Position numbers and translations under genes: made by a program
NCBI RefSeq assembly: GCF_006345805.1
Contig: NC_043008.1
Coordinates: 42,346,001 to 42,410,000 of the forward strand
Length of the DNA: 64,000 nt
Direction: 5' to 3'
DNA from: Octopus sinensis
Taxonomy: Eukaryota
Shown: positions 1 through 13,000 of the stretch, piece by piece
Layout: the number at the start of each line of letters is the position of its first letter
How positions within the stretch are numbered: the stretch's first letter is position 1
The notes under the pieces: generated by a model
Told to the model about the DNA's origin: nothing
What the model saw: only the letters and a program-made list of their open reading frames with translations
The model's database searches: none

Positions 1-320
1 GATCGGAGTTCTCGGTTCATTTTAAAATATTTTCCCTTGTGTCTTTACTCTAAGTATTTCCACTGACATAAATTCTTTTAATATAATAACTTGTTTCCTC
101 TTACTGCTACCCACTGTAACTCACAGCCGTCGTCTTCCTTTGATCCGTTAAATTTTCTCTTTTTGAGCTTTTATAAGCCCACTTTTTTAATTCCTTTTTT
201 GTAGCCTTTTGCTCTATAGGAGCCATCGAGATTTGTTTGAAACAAGAGCAAAATCAGTTAACAAAAATGGTTGGTAAGCTCAAGGAAGCAAGATAACTAG
301 AGATGAATAATGGAAAATCC

Positions 321-540
321 TATGTGGAAGTGGTGAACATTTCCTGGCTTTATGGGTGTCGCGAAAAGCGTGGCTGGAGGCTCAAATTTCCGAGTTCTTT
401 AACAGGGCTTAGAAAAACTGAAGGACTGCTGCAATATGGGTGTGGATCTGAAAGGAGAATATGTCGAATAAAATCATTATTAACAGATTTTCCTGCATTT
501 TCTTTTAACCAAACCAGGGACTTTTCAGCACCCCTTCGTA
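321..540 (+). mobile_element. Mariner-derived MITE (internal-deletion derivative), copy 1
   Basis: Degenerate TIRs (left ...GTGGTGAACATTTCCTGGCTTT; right AAACCAGGGACTTTTCAGCACCCCTTCG-TA). 403-471 encodes QGLEKLKDCCNMGVDLKGEYVE*, matching the mariner transposase C-terminus (G..KL..RW.KC....G.YVE). Homologous copy at 59678-59890. Confidence 0.8.
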
Positions 541-1069
541 AACAGTCGTGCACAAGTAATATAAACTCTCCTGCCAAAAAAAAAAAAGAGGAATTTAAAA
601 TTTCAAACAGAATTCTTCATCAACGAGTGATTCAAATATTCCTCATAACATTCAGATTCGCTTCAGTAAAAACATTTTTCCCGAAACATTAATTTCCCGA
701 TCTTCATGGTAGTGAAATAGTTTGTGTTTGTAAACAGTTTGAATCACCTCAGGGTATGTATTCATGCCGTAGGTTGTTCGTAACACCAGGATTCGAACTT
801 ATAACCTTGGAGTAAGAAGATCAATCATTAGGCAAGTGAGTGATTAAAAATTAATATTAAGCTCATTGTTATTAGTGCAAGACTCGATGCTCTGTGAGGA
901 ATATCGTTATTACATCAGCTCCTATTCCCAATAATAAGATTTAAAAGCCATTAATTTCCTGACAGCCATTCCATTAGTATCTTTCAGATTCTTACACCAA
1001 AGTATCACTTCTCAGTCAACACTCGATGCCCTCTTTCTTTTGCTTTCCCTCCATTAATCTCTCCATTCT

Positions 1070-1121
1070 CATATATAAATGCGTGTGTAGGTGCATATGT
1101 ATATGTGTATGTATGTATATA

Positions 1122-1154
<33 letters not shown>

Positions 1155-1350
1155 GTGTGTACGTATATTTATATATATATATACGCTATATATACACTAC
1201 ATACACTATATATATATATACATATATATATATAGTGTATGTACGTATGTATACATATATATAGGTATTTATATATATATATATATATATAATATATATA
1301 GGTATATTTATATTTATATATATATGCATGTATATCTATCTATCTATCTT
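1070..1350. repeat. Compound (TG)/(TATGTG)/(TA) microsatellite
   Basis: Directly visible simple repeats. Confidence 0.95.
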
Positions 1351-1529
1351 TACCTCTAACTATCTCACTCTCTCCTTTTCATAACTCTGTCCATATATAC
1401 ACAAATAATACACACACATATGTATATGTATATACAATATATGACCTGTATACATGCCCACACACGTTCCTATCCAGCTATGATTGGACAGGCATATATA
1501 CTTCCTTAGACATGTACGTATGTGACATG

Positions 1530-1631
1530 CGCACACACATAAACACACACACATACACACACAAACACACACACACATATATATATATATACTCAAATGC
1601 ATAAATTCTAACATGTATACATACATGCATA

Positions 1632-1715
<84 letters not shown>

Positions 1716-1941
1716 GAGGGAGAGAGTGAGAGAGATACATACATACGTACATGCGTACATTCATACAGATAGAAAGACAGACAGGCAGACATAAAGAAAC
1801 TGAGAGAGGGAAACAGATTTCGAGCGTGTGAATACGTATATATTTGACTATACGGTGGTCAGCTACGCATTTTCTTAAGTGAATATTCACAATTTCACTT
1901 CTAATGCGGATAATACATAACACTTATAGGGAGAGCTTTTA

Positions 1942-1989
<48 letters not shown>

Positions 1990-2060
1990 TCTCTATCTCT
2001 TGCTTTGTCTTTCTATTTGCCTTTCTCCATCTCTCTCTCCCTCTCTTTCTCTCTCTTTCA
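1530..2060. repeat. (CA)n, long (TA)n and (CT)n microsatellite cluster with short unique spacers
   Basis: Directly visible simple repeats. Confidence 0.9.
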
Positions 2061-2779
2061 ATACCAACTGCATTGCAGTGGAAAGGTCGGCTGGTTGACT
2101 ATAGTTTGAATGTAGACATATGTGGGTGCCATCTCTACATTCAACCTGTACACCCACACACCCAATTCACATGCATATAAATACATGTAGCATTAATTTA
2201 GTTATGCAGGACGAGAGCTTATGGTTGTCGAGTCATTAGCGACTGTTCTTGCAATTTTCGTGTGTTCATTAAACTCTTTTGATAGAAACCTGGCCAAGCG
2301 TACGTCTGATTCAGTTATTCAAAATTATCGCTGTTAAAATGATTATATTTACTTTAAAACCATTCACCTTGGTTTTACGCAAGAAACTTTTGTCGAGTTC
2401 CGAGTTGGATAATTCAGAAACTTTGCTATTTTACAAGATCCTTCAATATTAATTACAACAAATTGGTGGTGTATTCCATATGGGGACAAAAGGGTTAATC
2501 ATATTTACCGTCCTAACGGAGGAAAGGAAGGATGTGGAAAGAAGCATTAATCGGTCTCGACTGCAGTTGATAATTTGTACAATAAACATTTTAACAAACT
2601 TTAAATGAAATGAAGTTTTTAAGGAAGTACTTATGCCATCACTCATTGTTTGACGAACCACTACTGTTTGGACGTAGATGTATTCCTTGCGTGGTAGTGG
2701 AAAATGCCCTGACAGATAGACAAACAATATGCGCGCGCACCAATAAGTACATGAATACAGATATACAATTTTGATGGTG

Positions 2780-2800
2780 ATGACGATGATAAATAATAAC

Positions 2801-2841
<41 letters not shown>

Positions 2842-2876
2842 TAATAATGATAATGATAATGATAATAATAATGATG

Positions 2877-2909
<33 letters not shown>

Positions 2910-2945
2910 GTAATGATAATAATGATAATAATAATAATAATAATA

Positions 2946-2990
<45 letters not shown>

Positions 2991-3032
2991 GAAGAAGAAG
3001 AAGAAGAAGAAGAGAAGAAGAAGAAGAAGAAA
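2780..3032. repeat. (AAT/GAT)n followed by (GAA)n trinucleotide array
   Basis: Directly visible; explains the poly-N/I/L/R ORFs at 2449-3126. Confidence 0.97.
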
Positions 3033-3195
3033 AATGTGACGTAGGAGTACGGAAATGGAACATGCGGGAAAAAGGGAAAAATAAATAAATGCTCACTGGA
3101 CGTGAATGTTCTCTATACACCATCATTTATCGAAGCAAAATCATTACAATTTCGACACCTCCCGATATACACACACACGCACATACACACACACG

Positions 3196-3246
<51 letters not shown>

Positions 3247-4348
3247 GCGTGTGTGTGTGTGTTTGTGTGTATAAAGAAGGGACTTCAACTTAACTCCCGC
3301 CTGCCAAGTACCCTCATAAGGCATTTGTAGGTGAGAGGTAATAATAAAAAATAATTTCGCAGCCTGACGTGCAGTAGGACGGACGCTTAAAACACGTCGG
3401 TGACAAGTAAATTTGTTAAACACACAAACATGCCTCCACCTATATATATATATATATATATATAAATTTATTTGTATATAGAAAGAAAGAGAGAGAGAGG
3501 GGGGAAGGTGAGTGAGAGGAAAGTGAAAAAATGATCTAAACATACAATATCAGTTTAAATGAGACAAGTAGTCTCTCCTTATATTCTACCATTTTCCCCG
3601 GAGTCCACCACACCAAGATGGTCTCACTGGAAAAGATTGAAGTTTTCAACTTCTTTCTCAACCTTTGTCACGTCCACCAGTCATTCCCTACTTTCACCAC
3701 ACACCACCGCGAACCCTCAGCTTAGAATTACAACATTAATTTGAGACAATCAACATCAGACACTTAAAAAAGAAAAAAAAACGTGCGCTCCTACAAAATA
3801 AAATAAAAAACAACTAAAAAAAACTCACACCTATTTCTAATTTCTTTGATCTTTCTTTTTTGATTTTGTGCAGCAATTTCTATAAATCTGTCTGATAGAA
3901 AATCTATTGATAAAAGTTCGATACCATCGATTCGAAAAAATGCCACGACATATCGATACGTGATACTATAGATCTACCACAATAAAATGTTAGCGCCGTT
4001 TCTTTCATCTTCCCTTTACTTGTGATCCCTGGCCCAGCAATATATGTTAACTGCTTCATCTAACTTCTTTCATTCTCTTCATATTTCTCTTTCTCTCTCT
4101 TTCTCTTCCACACTGTCTCTATATTACCCCCACCCACTACACACACACACACGCACACACACAGAAACACCCACACAGAAACACACACTCTCTTTGTCTG
4201 TCTCTCTCCCTTTCTCTTTCTCCCCCTCTCACTCTCACTCGCTATCGCTTTCTCTTCCTCTACAATTTTCTCTATCAAAGTTCATTTGATCCACCTATAC
4301 TAACACAACTACACACATTATGTATAATTACTTTCTGTGAATATTATC

Positions 4349-4626
4349 GCCAGTTTGAAGCTAAATCAGGTAGAATATCTTGGCCGGATATGGCCAGTGG
4401 TACGATGAGTTTGTGTTGGAGAATACACTATATTCTACCTGATTTAGCTTCAAACTGGCCATATCTTACCTTACCATATCTCACACTTACCTTAAAATAT
4501 TATTCTGAAAATATGAAACCACGTAATTGAAATCTCAAAGCTACAAGGTAATGTATGACTAATTCACATCGATGTCAGTAAATAAGCATTATATTTGACT
4601 GAGAAATTTGAATGCTAAATGGTTAA
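4349..4626. mobile_element. TTAA-terminated MITE remnant (piggyBac-like) with inverted duplication of its 5' part
   Basis: Right end ...GAATGCTAAATGGTTAA; perfect 30-bp inverted repeat 4349-4378/4430-4459. Family assignment is from recall. Confidence 0.45.
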
Positions 4627-4904
4627 TAAACACATACATTTGATGAGGAGACCACTACGAGGTTACTAGAAATAGCAGCCGAATTTCTTCCAGATATCAT
4701 TCACAAAATAAATTGATAGGTAAAGGCACAATTGGTAATGAATTGATAAATATGCATAAATATGGGATGCCTTTCATCCTAGTCCTTCTTGATGAAGTCT
4801 GATCTGAAGTTAAATGTATCTGAAAGGATATGCATGTAGTTAGGCTCTGCATTGGTTACACTGACGTGTGTTACAGTCGATCCGTTCAACGGAAGAGCCC
4901 AACA

Positions 4905-5103
4905 TCAACTGGTCGAGCACTCCGCAGACAAACATACCCGTAATGCAATTCTCAGAGATTCAGTGTAACATAAAATGTGCCACGACTGGCCCTTTGAATA
5001 ACAGGTGCAACTCACTTTTACGAACCGAATGGACTGGAACAAGGACCCAACGCCCGGCGGAAATCGAACTCGTGAACTTACTGTCGTGAGCCTAACCACT
5101 AAC
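4905..5103 (-). mobile_element. Diverged tRNA-derived SINE (CORE-type)
   Basis: Minus strand has A-box-like TAGTGG and B-box GTTCGATTTCC; similar to 62744-62970 (CAACTCA.TTT..A...GA.TG.ACTGGA.CAA). Confidence 0.55.
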
Positions 5104-5242
5104 CTACTGGTTTTCATGTATATTAGTGTGGAATACTTGGTCTGTATATGTATTGATGTAATTCTTTAAGTCTACATGCAAGGATACTCTCCAGAATGAG
5201 ACCATTAACAATAAATTTACCTGAGACATTAACAATAAATAA

Positions 5243-5850
5243 AGCGGCGAGCTGGCAGAAACGTTAGCACGCCGGGCGAAATGCGTGGCCGTATTTTGTC
5301 TGCGATTACGTTCTGAGTTCAAATTCCGCCGAGGTCGACTTTGCCTTTCATCCTTACAGGTCGATTAAATAAGTATCAGTTACACACTGGGTTCGATATA
5401 ATAGACTTAATCCATTTGTCTGACCTTGTTTATCTTCTCTGTGTTTAGCCCCTTGTGGGTAATAAAGAAATAGGTATTTTATCTGTTTTACGTACTGAGT
5501 TCAAATTCCACCGTGGTCGACTTTGCCTTTCATCCTTTCGGAGTCGATATATTAAATACCAGTTACACACTAGAATCGATGTAATCGACTTAATCTCTTT
5601 GTCTGTCCTTGTTTGTCCCGTCTATGTTTAGTCCCTTGTGGACAATAAAGATATAAGAAACGTTAGCACGCCGGGCGAAATGCTTAGCGGTATTTCGTCT
5701 GTTTTTACGTTCTGAGTTCAAATTCCGCCGATATAGACATTTCTTGTCATCCTCTCAGGGTCAATAAATTAAGTTGTATAATGGGGTCGATCTAATCGAC
5801 TGGCCCTCTCCAACAAAATTACTGACCTTGCGCCTAGAGTAGAAAAGAAT
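5243..5850 (+). mobile_element. Trimeric array of tRNA-derived SINE with Nin/Deu-like central domain
   Basis: Head GGCGAGCTGGCAGAAACGTTAGCAC, B-box GAGTTCAAATTCC, central GGTCGACTTTGCCTTTCATCC..GGTCGAT..AAGTACCAG. Units 5243-5472 and 5473-5655 end in tail A (TTAGCCCCTTGTGGGTAATAAAGAAATA); 5656-5850 ends in tail B (CCTTGCGCCTAGAGTAGAAAAGAAT). Confidence 0.9.
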
Positions 5851-5967
5851 AAATTTACGTGAGGCATTAAGGGCTGCATTACATCTGATATTGTTGAGGA
5901 TAGAAACAATCTGAGGCACAAACGAATTGCAGTCATAACGATATATCGTCGCATGTATAAATACATA

Positions 5968-6167
5968 CAGTAATCCCTCGACTATCGTGGGTGTTATGTT
6001 CGAAAACCTCACGCGATAGGAGAAAATCCGCGAAGTAGAAACAGTACTGCACTGAGTATATTTTTTAAACAACACCACGGAGGAATAGACTTAAATGATA
6101 AACCGCGACAGGTGAAGTGCGATAAATATGCGCGATAGGTGAACCGCGATATGGTGAGGGCTTACTG
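5968..6167. mobile_element. Tigger/pogo-like MITE
   Basis: TA-CAGTAATCCCTCGACTATCGTGG ... CCGCGATATGGTGAGGGCTTACTG-TA: CAGT..CC-type TIRs with TA target duplication; internal CGCGATAGG sub-repeats. Confidence 0.85.
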
Positions 6168-6191
6168 TATATATATCGATATATATGTATT

Positions 6192-6240
<49 letters not shown>

Positions 6241-6289
6241 GTTTGTATGTATGTATGTATGTATGTATGTATTTAAGCATATATATTAT

Positions 6290-6520
6290 CGTAAAACTCT
6301 AGTTGATTGGAATATCGAATTGAGAGGTCACCGTGCCTGGGGAAGTATTGTGAGTGACTTCCGTAGACGGAAACAGAAAATGAATGACCAATAGAATACG
6401 TCCATGGCTTAAAAAGAAAAATAAGAAATATCGGGGTCAGTTCGTTAGGTTCAAATCCTTCTAGGTGGTGCTGCAGCATGGTCGCTGTCTAATGACAGAT
6501 GCACGTAAAAAATAAAAGGT
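6290..6520 (+). mobile_element. Diverged second SINE family (CR1-like tail)
   Basis: GTGAGTGA...GTAGACGGAAAC.GAAA body and GGTGGTGCTGCAGCATGGTCGC.GTCTAATGAC tail shared with 38425-38765, 56349-56398 and 62484-62545. Confidence 0.5.
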
Positions 6521-7129
6521 ACCTAGGAAAACGCATACACACACACACATTCTCTGTCTGTGTGTCTTTCTCTCTCTCCAAACCCGCATTCTTCTCCGTG
6601 AAGCTCTTGATATTCCGTACATCACGGCTGATTCAACAATGTTTAGAAAGAATTTGTCTTTCGCTCAGTGCTTCACTTCTTTTCTCTTCAACCTTTTAAA
6701 TTCGTCACCAGCTTTCAACTACCAAGAGACTAAAGCCATCCGTGCAATGCTCCATTTACCTTACAATGTACATAAACTCTTATCAAGCCAGTCCCATAAC
6801 ATCTGACATATGAAGAAATAAGAAGAAAAAAAAAAGACAAGCGATGATACTTTTACGGTTCGTGTTTTAATCTGTTTTTTGCTCGGCTTTTCTTCAACTT
6901 TTGTTTCTTTGTCATTCATAGTCTATTACTTTCACTGTCATTCTCTCTGCAACACTATTTATGACACCCTTTCTCTCCCTCCATCTATCTCTTTCTATTT
7001 CTCTGTAACTATTTCCCCTCTCTCTCACATACACCACACACAAATACAAAACGCACCTGCATGCAAATACACACATACACAAATAAGCATATAGTTTTAA
7101 GAATATATTTGCATGAACACACACAAACA

Positions 7130-7412
7130 AATTTATATCCATATATATATATATTATATGTATATAATATATATATATATGCATAATATATATATATATA
7201 TTTTCATACATGTATAATATATATACATATATAGACATATATGTGCATAAATATATATAAATAATTATATACATACATATATATACATATATGTGTATAC
7301 ATATATGCATATATACGTAGACATATATGTATATATATATATATTATATATATATATATATAATATATATATATATATATACACATACATACATGTATAT
7401 ATATTTATATAC

Positions 7413-7443
<31 letters not shown>

Positions 7444-7838
7444 CAAGTGTGGGTTGTGCTGTGTGTGTTTACTTTTCATAATCTTTCACTTGATAACTGA
7501 CTCGTTGACTCTATGATTCCAAGTATATCAATGTCGTCGTGGGACCAAGCTGCTTCACTTCGACAGATTTGATTGGACAAGATTTGAAGCAGTAAAAATT
7601 CCTGATTGGTAATATAAAATCAATGCAAAGTGTTGGCAATACACCGATGAATTGAGCAACTTCGTGAAGAACTTCAGAGATTATAAAGAAATCTGAAGAA
7701 TAGAGACTGTTGTGTAGTTTTTGAGAATAATTATTGAAAATGATAGATGGCGTACGGTGTTGGGGGTGGTGGTGGTCGCCGCTGTTACAAAGTCTACGTT
7801 TTTGAGCGTGTATGTGTGTGTGTACATGTATATACGTT

Positions 7839-7898
<60 letters not shown>

Positions 7899-7928
7899 GT
7901 ATATACATGTACACACACACATACATAC

Positions 7929-7978
<50 letters not shown>

Positions 7979-8235
7979 TATATATGTATGCATATGTATA
8001 TATTATATATACACACATATATACATATATATTCATATATAGATATATGCCAACAGATATATATATATTATATATATATATGGATATGAATGTATATATA
8101 TGTATATATTATATATACATAAATAAATATATACATACATATTTATATATACACATGTATATATATATATATATATATATGTACAGTATATTATATATAT
8201 ATATATGTATCTACATATGTGTATATGATATAAAT

Positions 8236-8287
<52 letters not shown>

Positions 8288-8470
8288 GGATGTATTTATG
8301 TATATACGTGAGTGTGTTTGTGCATTGTCAGTGGCAAGACGATCCATTGAAAAGAATATTCCTAGAAAAAATATCACCCCCCCACACACACACATATATA
8401 GAGAAAGTCACCACTCCCACACATAGTCTCACATGTACTCACAAACACCAGATATATATATATATATATT
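7130..8470. repeat. Degenerate (TA)n/(CATA)n arrays separated by a unique spacer (about 7480-7800)
   Basis: Directly visible. Confidence 0.9.
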
Positions 8471-9346
8471 TTCTGTTCAGATAGCATTCGTTTAGTACAT
8501 TGATAGAAGTCTACAAATATTAAATCGATCCAGTGTATTAATGGAATTTATCGAACCAGAAGGAAAGAAAAATACAACACTTGGCGCGATGGGATTTGAA
8601 CTTACGTATTTCAGTAAAGCAAGAATTAATGTATTGTCAAACAACAAATATGATACTGTACTGTTGATGATAATAAATACCGACTTATATAGCATTAATA
8701 CGGTGGATTAAGGGTGCAGTGAGTCTTCAATATTTCTTATTTGCTAATTTCATTATCCAAAAATCCCCTTTCGTGTGCACTATTGGTGCAGTTTGAATTT
8801 GGGACGATAAGGGATGCATGGTCCTATGCACGCACCGATCGACCCAAAGATTGAATGCTTCATCGTGGTTTGAGAGACTGTTTAGAAAGAACCGACAAAT
8901 CTCCCTTATACTGAACAATAGGGTTTTAAATATTAACCTTTCTATTACTGGCAACACGTAAAGGATGATGTGGAATGGAATGCCAATTGCGATTGCTGAA
9001 TAACCAATGCGTTTCAGGGGTTGTATGGATCATACACCTCGTATACCTTTCAAGTTCGCTAAACAAAGTGGCATTAATTTTCGGTTTCAACTGTTGCAGT
9101 TCCACATCGAAAGTCATACGAGAACAAGGGACAGAATCCTGGTGCCTGATATTCGAGAGGGAAATAACTGAACGCAATATTTCGTACAATATCGAAGCGA
9201 TCGACGGCAACAAGAAGAAATGAAAGCGGGAACAGATGTGGGATGAGCGGCTTGAACTGTGAAGAGGGGGAAAGTAGACGAGGTACACGGCAGAACATTT
9301 ATAATGACTGACATATAACCAGCATCGTCTGTCTGCCTGAATGTTT

Positions 9347-9347
9347 G

Positions 9348-9436
<89 letters not shown>

Positions 9437-9442
9437 ATCTAT

Positions 9443-9488
<46 letters not shown>

Positions 9489-9651
9489 GCCTGTCTGTCT
9501 GTCTATCTGCGTGATTGTATTTCTCTCTCTGCTTCTATGCCAGCCTACCTACTTACCCACTTACCTCCCTACCTGCTTACCTACTTACCTACCTCCCCAA
9601 CATACCTATCAATGTATCTCTCTATCTATCTATCCCGCTCTCTCTCCCTCT

Positions 9652-9693
<42 letters not shown>

Positions 9694-9804
9694 CGGGAAG
9701 CTTTATGAAAATAAAGAAAAGACGAAGGCAGGTGGAAAACATGTATATATATGTATATATATATGTATATATATATATGTATATGTATATGTATATTATA
9801 TATA

Positions 9805-9868
<64 letters not shown>

Positions 9869-9900
9869 GTCTGTCTGTCTATCTCACTCTATATATATAA
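9347..9900. repeat. (TATC)n, (CCTA)n and (TA)n microsatellites
   Basis: Directly visible; source of the YLSI-repeat ORFs. Confidence 0.95.
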
Positions 9901-10030
9901 CTGTATGGGTACACGCATAACCATCTACACACATACACACACATACACACATGCACAACACATTTATATGTAGAATGATTTATCAATTTATATCTGGCAC
10001 TGCCTATGTATCCAGGTGTATAATAGACAA

Positions 10031-10065
<35 letters not shown>

Positions 10066-10679
10066 CACCCACACTCATATATATATATATATGTATGTAT
10101 ATATACTTGTATATACATACATACACACACACACATACATATATATACATATGCATGAATGTGTGTATCCATCTATATATGTTTGTTTGTATAACATTTC
10201 TAAATGATACGTCTGCATCAAAATGGTGTGGTAAAGACACCGAACTACATAAATGATGAAATGATTAACTGAGATAACGAAATGGTTTGTTAAGAGAAAG
10301 AACGAAAACAAGGACGAAAGTCAACTCTACGAACATATATCAATATACACTTCAAGATATTAAATATAAATGTATATACACCCTTCAAAATGATATATTG
10401 AAACTGCAAAATATATATAAATAACATACTAATACTAACAACAAATATATCGTATATTGAATGTGATCAATTATTAACCGAATTTTCCCCCTCGCTCATG
10501 TTATTTCTCTCTCAGAATATTTCAAAGATTTCAAACCACTGTGTAAAACGGCCATTTCTTTAAGTTTTCAATTCCTTGAAATTTTTCCTTTCATTTCTAT
10601 ATTTCTGGTTTCATTGACTTCTCAATTGCTGAACTTTACTCTTCTATGCTCTCCACCTTGCCACACATGATCAATCAAT

Positions 10680-10736
10680 CATCGATATAAAATATATATA
10701 AACATACATATATATCGGTATATATACATATATATA

Positions 10737-10785
<49 letters not shown>

Positions 10786-10839
10786 TATACATATATGTAT
10801 ATGTATATATATCGTAATATATATATATTATATATATAT

Positions 10840-10902
<63 letters not shown>

Positions 10903-11011
10903 CGAGATATATATATATATGTATATATATTGTAATATATATATCGATATATATACAAGTATATATATATATATCGTAATATGTATATGTATGCATATCG
11001 ATTTACATATA

Positions 11012-11045
<34 letters not shown>
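10680..11045. repeat. (TA)n array punctuated by ATCG-containing interruptions
   Basis: Repeated ATCGAT / ATCGTAAT / ATCGAGAT units inside TA runs. Confidence 0.9.
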
Positions 11046-11048
<3 letters not shown>

Positions 11049-12344
11049 GTAGTTGCTCTTTTATTCGCCATCACTACGATCTTTCACTAATCTTTATTTG
11101 AATTATAGATTGCTTCCTTAACCTGATCGATCATTTTTTTATCTTCTATGATTCTCCGATGTTTCAGTTTGATTTCATTTTCAAGAATATTCAATTTTCT
11201 TTTCACATATAGATATTGCTTCTCTTCTTTTTCGATGTCTGTATGTGTAGAATGGGATTTAGAATGGTATATATGTGCCTGTATCTATACTCAAGTATCG
11301 TTATACATACATGCATACGCAGATATACAAACATATACACAAGCATGCAATAAAAACCAATGTCATACTGACGTATGCCTCTGTCTATCTGTCTGTCTGT
11401 CTATCCATCTATCTATCTATCAATCTATCTACTATCTATCTATCAATCTATCAATTTATCTATCTACTTATCTATCTATCTATCTATCAATCAATCAATC
11501 TATCTATCTATCTATCTATCAATCTATCTATCTATCTATCTATCTGTTCGTCTCTATATTCTTATTTATTTACATATATACACATATACCTATATACATA
11601 TACACATACACATATACTTATATACATATGTTCATAAATCACGTATATGTGTATACACATAGATATATAAATGTACATACAGTGAATCATATACACACAT
11701 ACACTCATATACATAAGCACACTCACATACTTCTATTCATAACCTCTAAACATTAGAAAAGACAGACCTTGCCGACTTTACGATTTCCCGCCACGAATAA
11801 ATTGACTCAGCAAAATTGAAGCGGTAGCGTTTGAAGTCACCCATAAAATTTGATTTTAATAAACCATCATGTAAACTAAAATTTGACAGCAATGACCGTT
11901 AAGGACCCTGAAATATTATATGTACAAAGTTTTAGATGTAGCAGATATAATTTTACGTACCTATATTTATGGACCGACACGTTACACGCTTCAAGAATAG
12001 GAAAGGAGAAGAACATTTTGCAAAGAGATTTTTATGACGAACCAGGAATTGAAAATATTCTCGGCGCTTAAATTGCGCAAGGATTTGTATGGCGTAATGA
12101 AACGGGAAATCCCTTGAAGTCTGAATTTTGGGAGGACGAAACACACGTCACACCGATGGATGAAAAAAAGATTAGAAATGATTTACCAAATGCTATAATA
12201 TCATCAACGCTAGGTTTATTTAGCGACTAAAGCTATGAAAGCAAATGTCAAATTCTCCTTCTTATTTTGTGACGTATAAACATTCACTGACTCCAGCATA
12301 CACACGCACAAATATTCACGCCTGTATAGGGATTTCAAATGTTT

Positions 12345-12545
12345 ACATAAGGCAGGTAATTTCGGGGAGAGGAAGAAAGGCGATTACATCGACCCCAGTA
12401 GCCAGCTGGTCCTTACTTTCTCGACTCCCTCGAAAGGATGAAGGCCAAACTGAACCACGGGAGAATTTAAACCCAGAACGTAGAGACGGACAAAATGCCG
12501 CTAAGTATTTTACCCGGTGTCCTAACGATTCTGTCATCTCGCCGC
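12345..12545 (-). mobile_element. Nin/Deu-type SINE, tail B
   Basis: Reverse complement of the 5656-5850 unit (CGATTACATCGACCCCAGT...GAAAGGATGAAGGC...CTAACGATTCTG.CA.CTCGCCGC). Confidence 0.85.
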
Positions 12546-12630
12546 TTTATATGCCTATATAATTAGTTGTATATGCCTATACAATCTGTGTATATGCCTA
12601 TACAATCTATACAATATGCCTATACAATCT

Positions 12631-13000
12631 TTTGTTGTTCCTGTCAGCTCCGCTGATCGCAGCGTTTGTTCCATTTCCGTCGTTCTCGTGCCATTCCTCT
12701 CCTCGTTGTTCCAAACGTCTTTCTTAAATCGTCTTTGCACCTGATTTGTGGACTTCCGAGTGGTCTATTCCGTTCGGACGGGTACAACTCGACAACTGCA
12801 CGGCTCTACCGACTGTCTATGAACATTGCGACATGACCGGAACATGACCCTTTGCATTGGGGTATTCTGCAATGATGTCTTTCTCTCCAGTTCTATTCCT
12901 GATCTTCTCGTTCCTTGTGTCATTTCTCAGCGAGCTTCCAAACGTCGACCTTCCCATGGCTCTCTTCGCAGTAAGCAGATGTTGTTCTTTAATTTAGTGA
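12631..13000 (-). mobile_element. RTE-clade LINE 3' fragment (decayed ORF C-terminus)
   Basis: Minus-strand translation RAMGRSTFGSSLRNDTRNEKIRNRTGEKDIIAEY / SGHVAMFIDSR*SRAVVELYPSERNRPLGSPQIRCKDDLRKTFG..MARERRKW matches the RTE C-terminal pattern (RNE.IR.RT..DI; W.GHVAR..D.RW; KRP.GRP..RW.DD). Confidence 0.75.

Noticed and set aside
5243-5330. tRNA-like A/B boxes as a tRNA gene
   Set aside because: No complete cloverleaf, and always followed by the SINE body; it is a SINE head.
5243-5850. Repeated units as a CRISPR-like array
   Set aside because: Units are about 180-230 bp homologous SINE bodies with no unique spacers or cas genes.
8727-9314. GC-richer block with several overlapping ORFs
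   Set aside because: Only faint RT-like residues (GMP..I, GLY, FSVST); too weak to call a gene or element.
12553-12629. Short tandem ATGCCTATACAATCT repeats
   Set aside because: Ordinary slippage duplication between a SINE and a LINE end.
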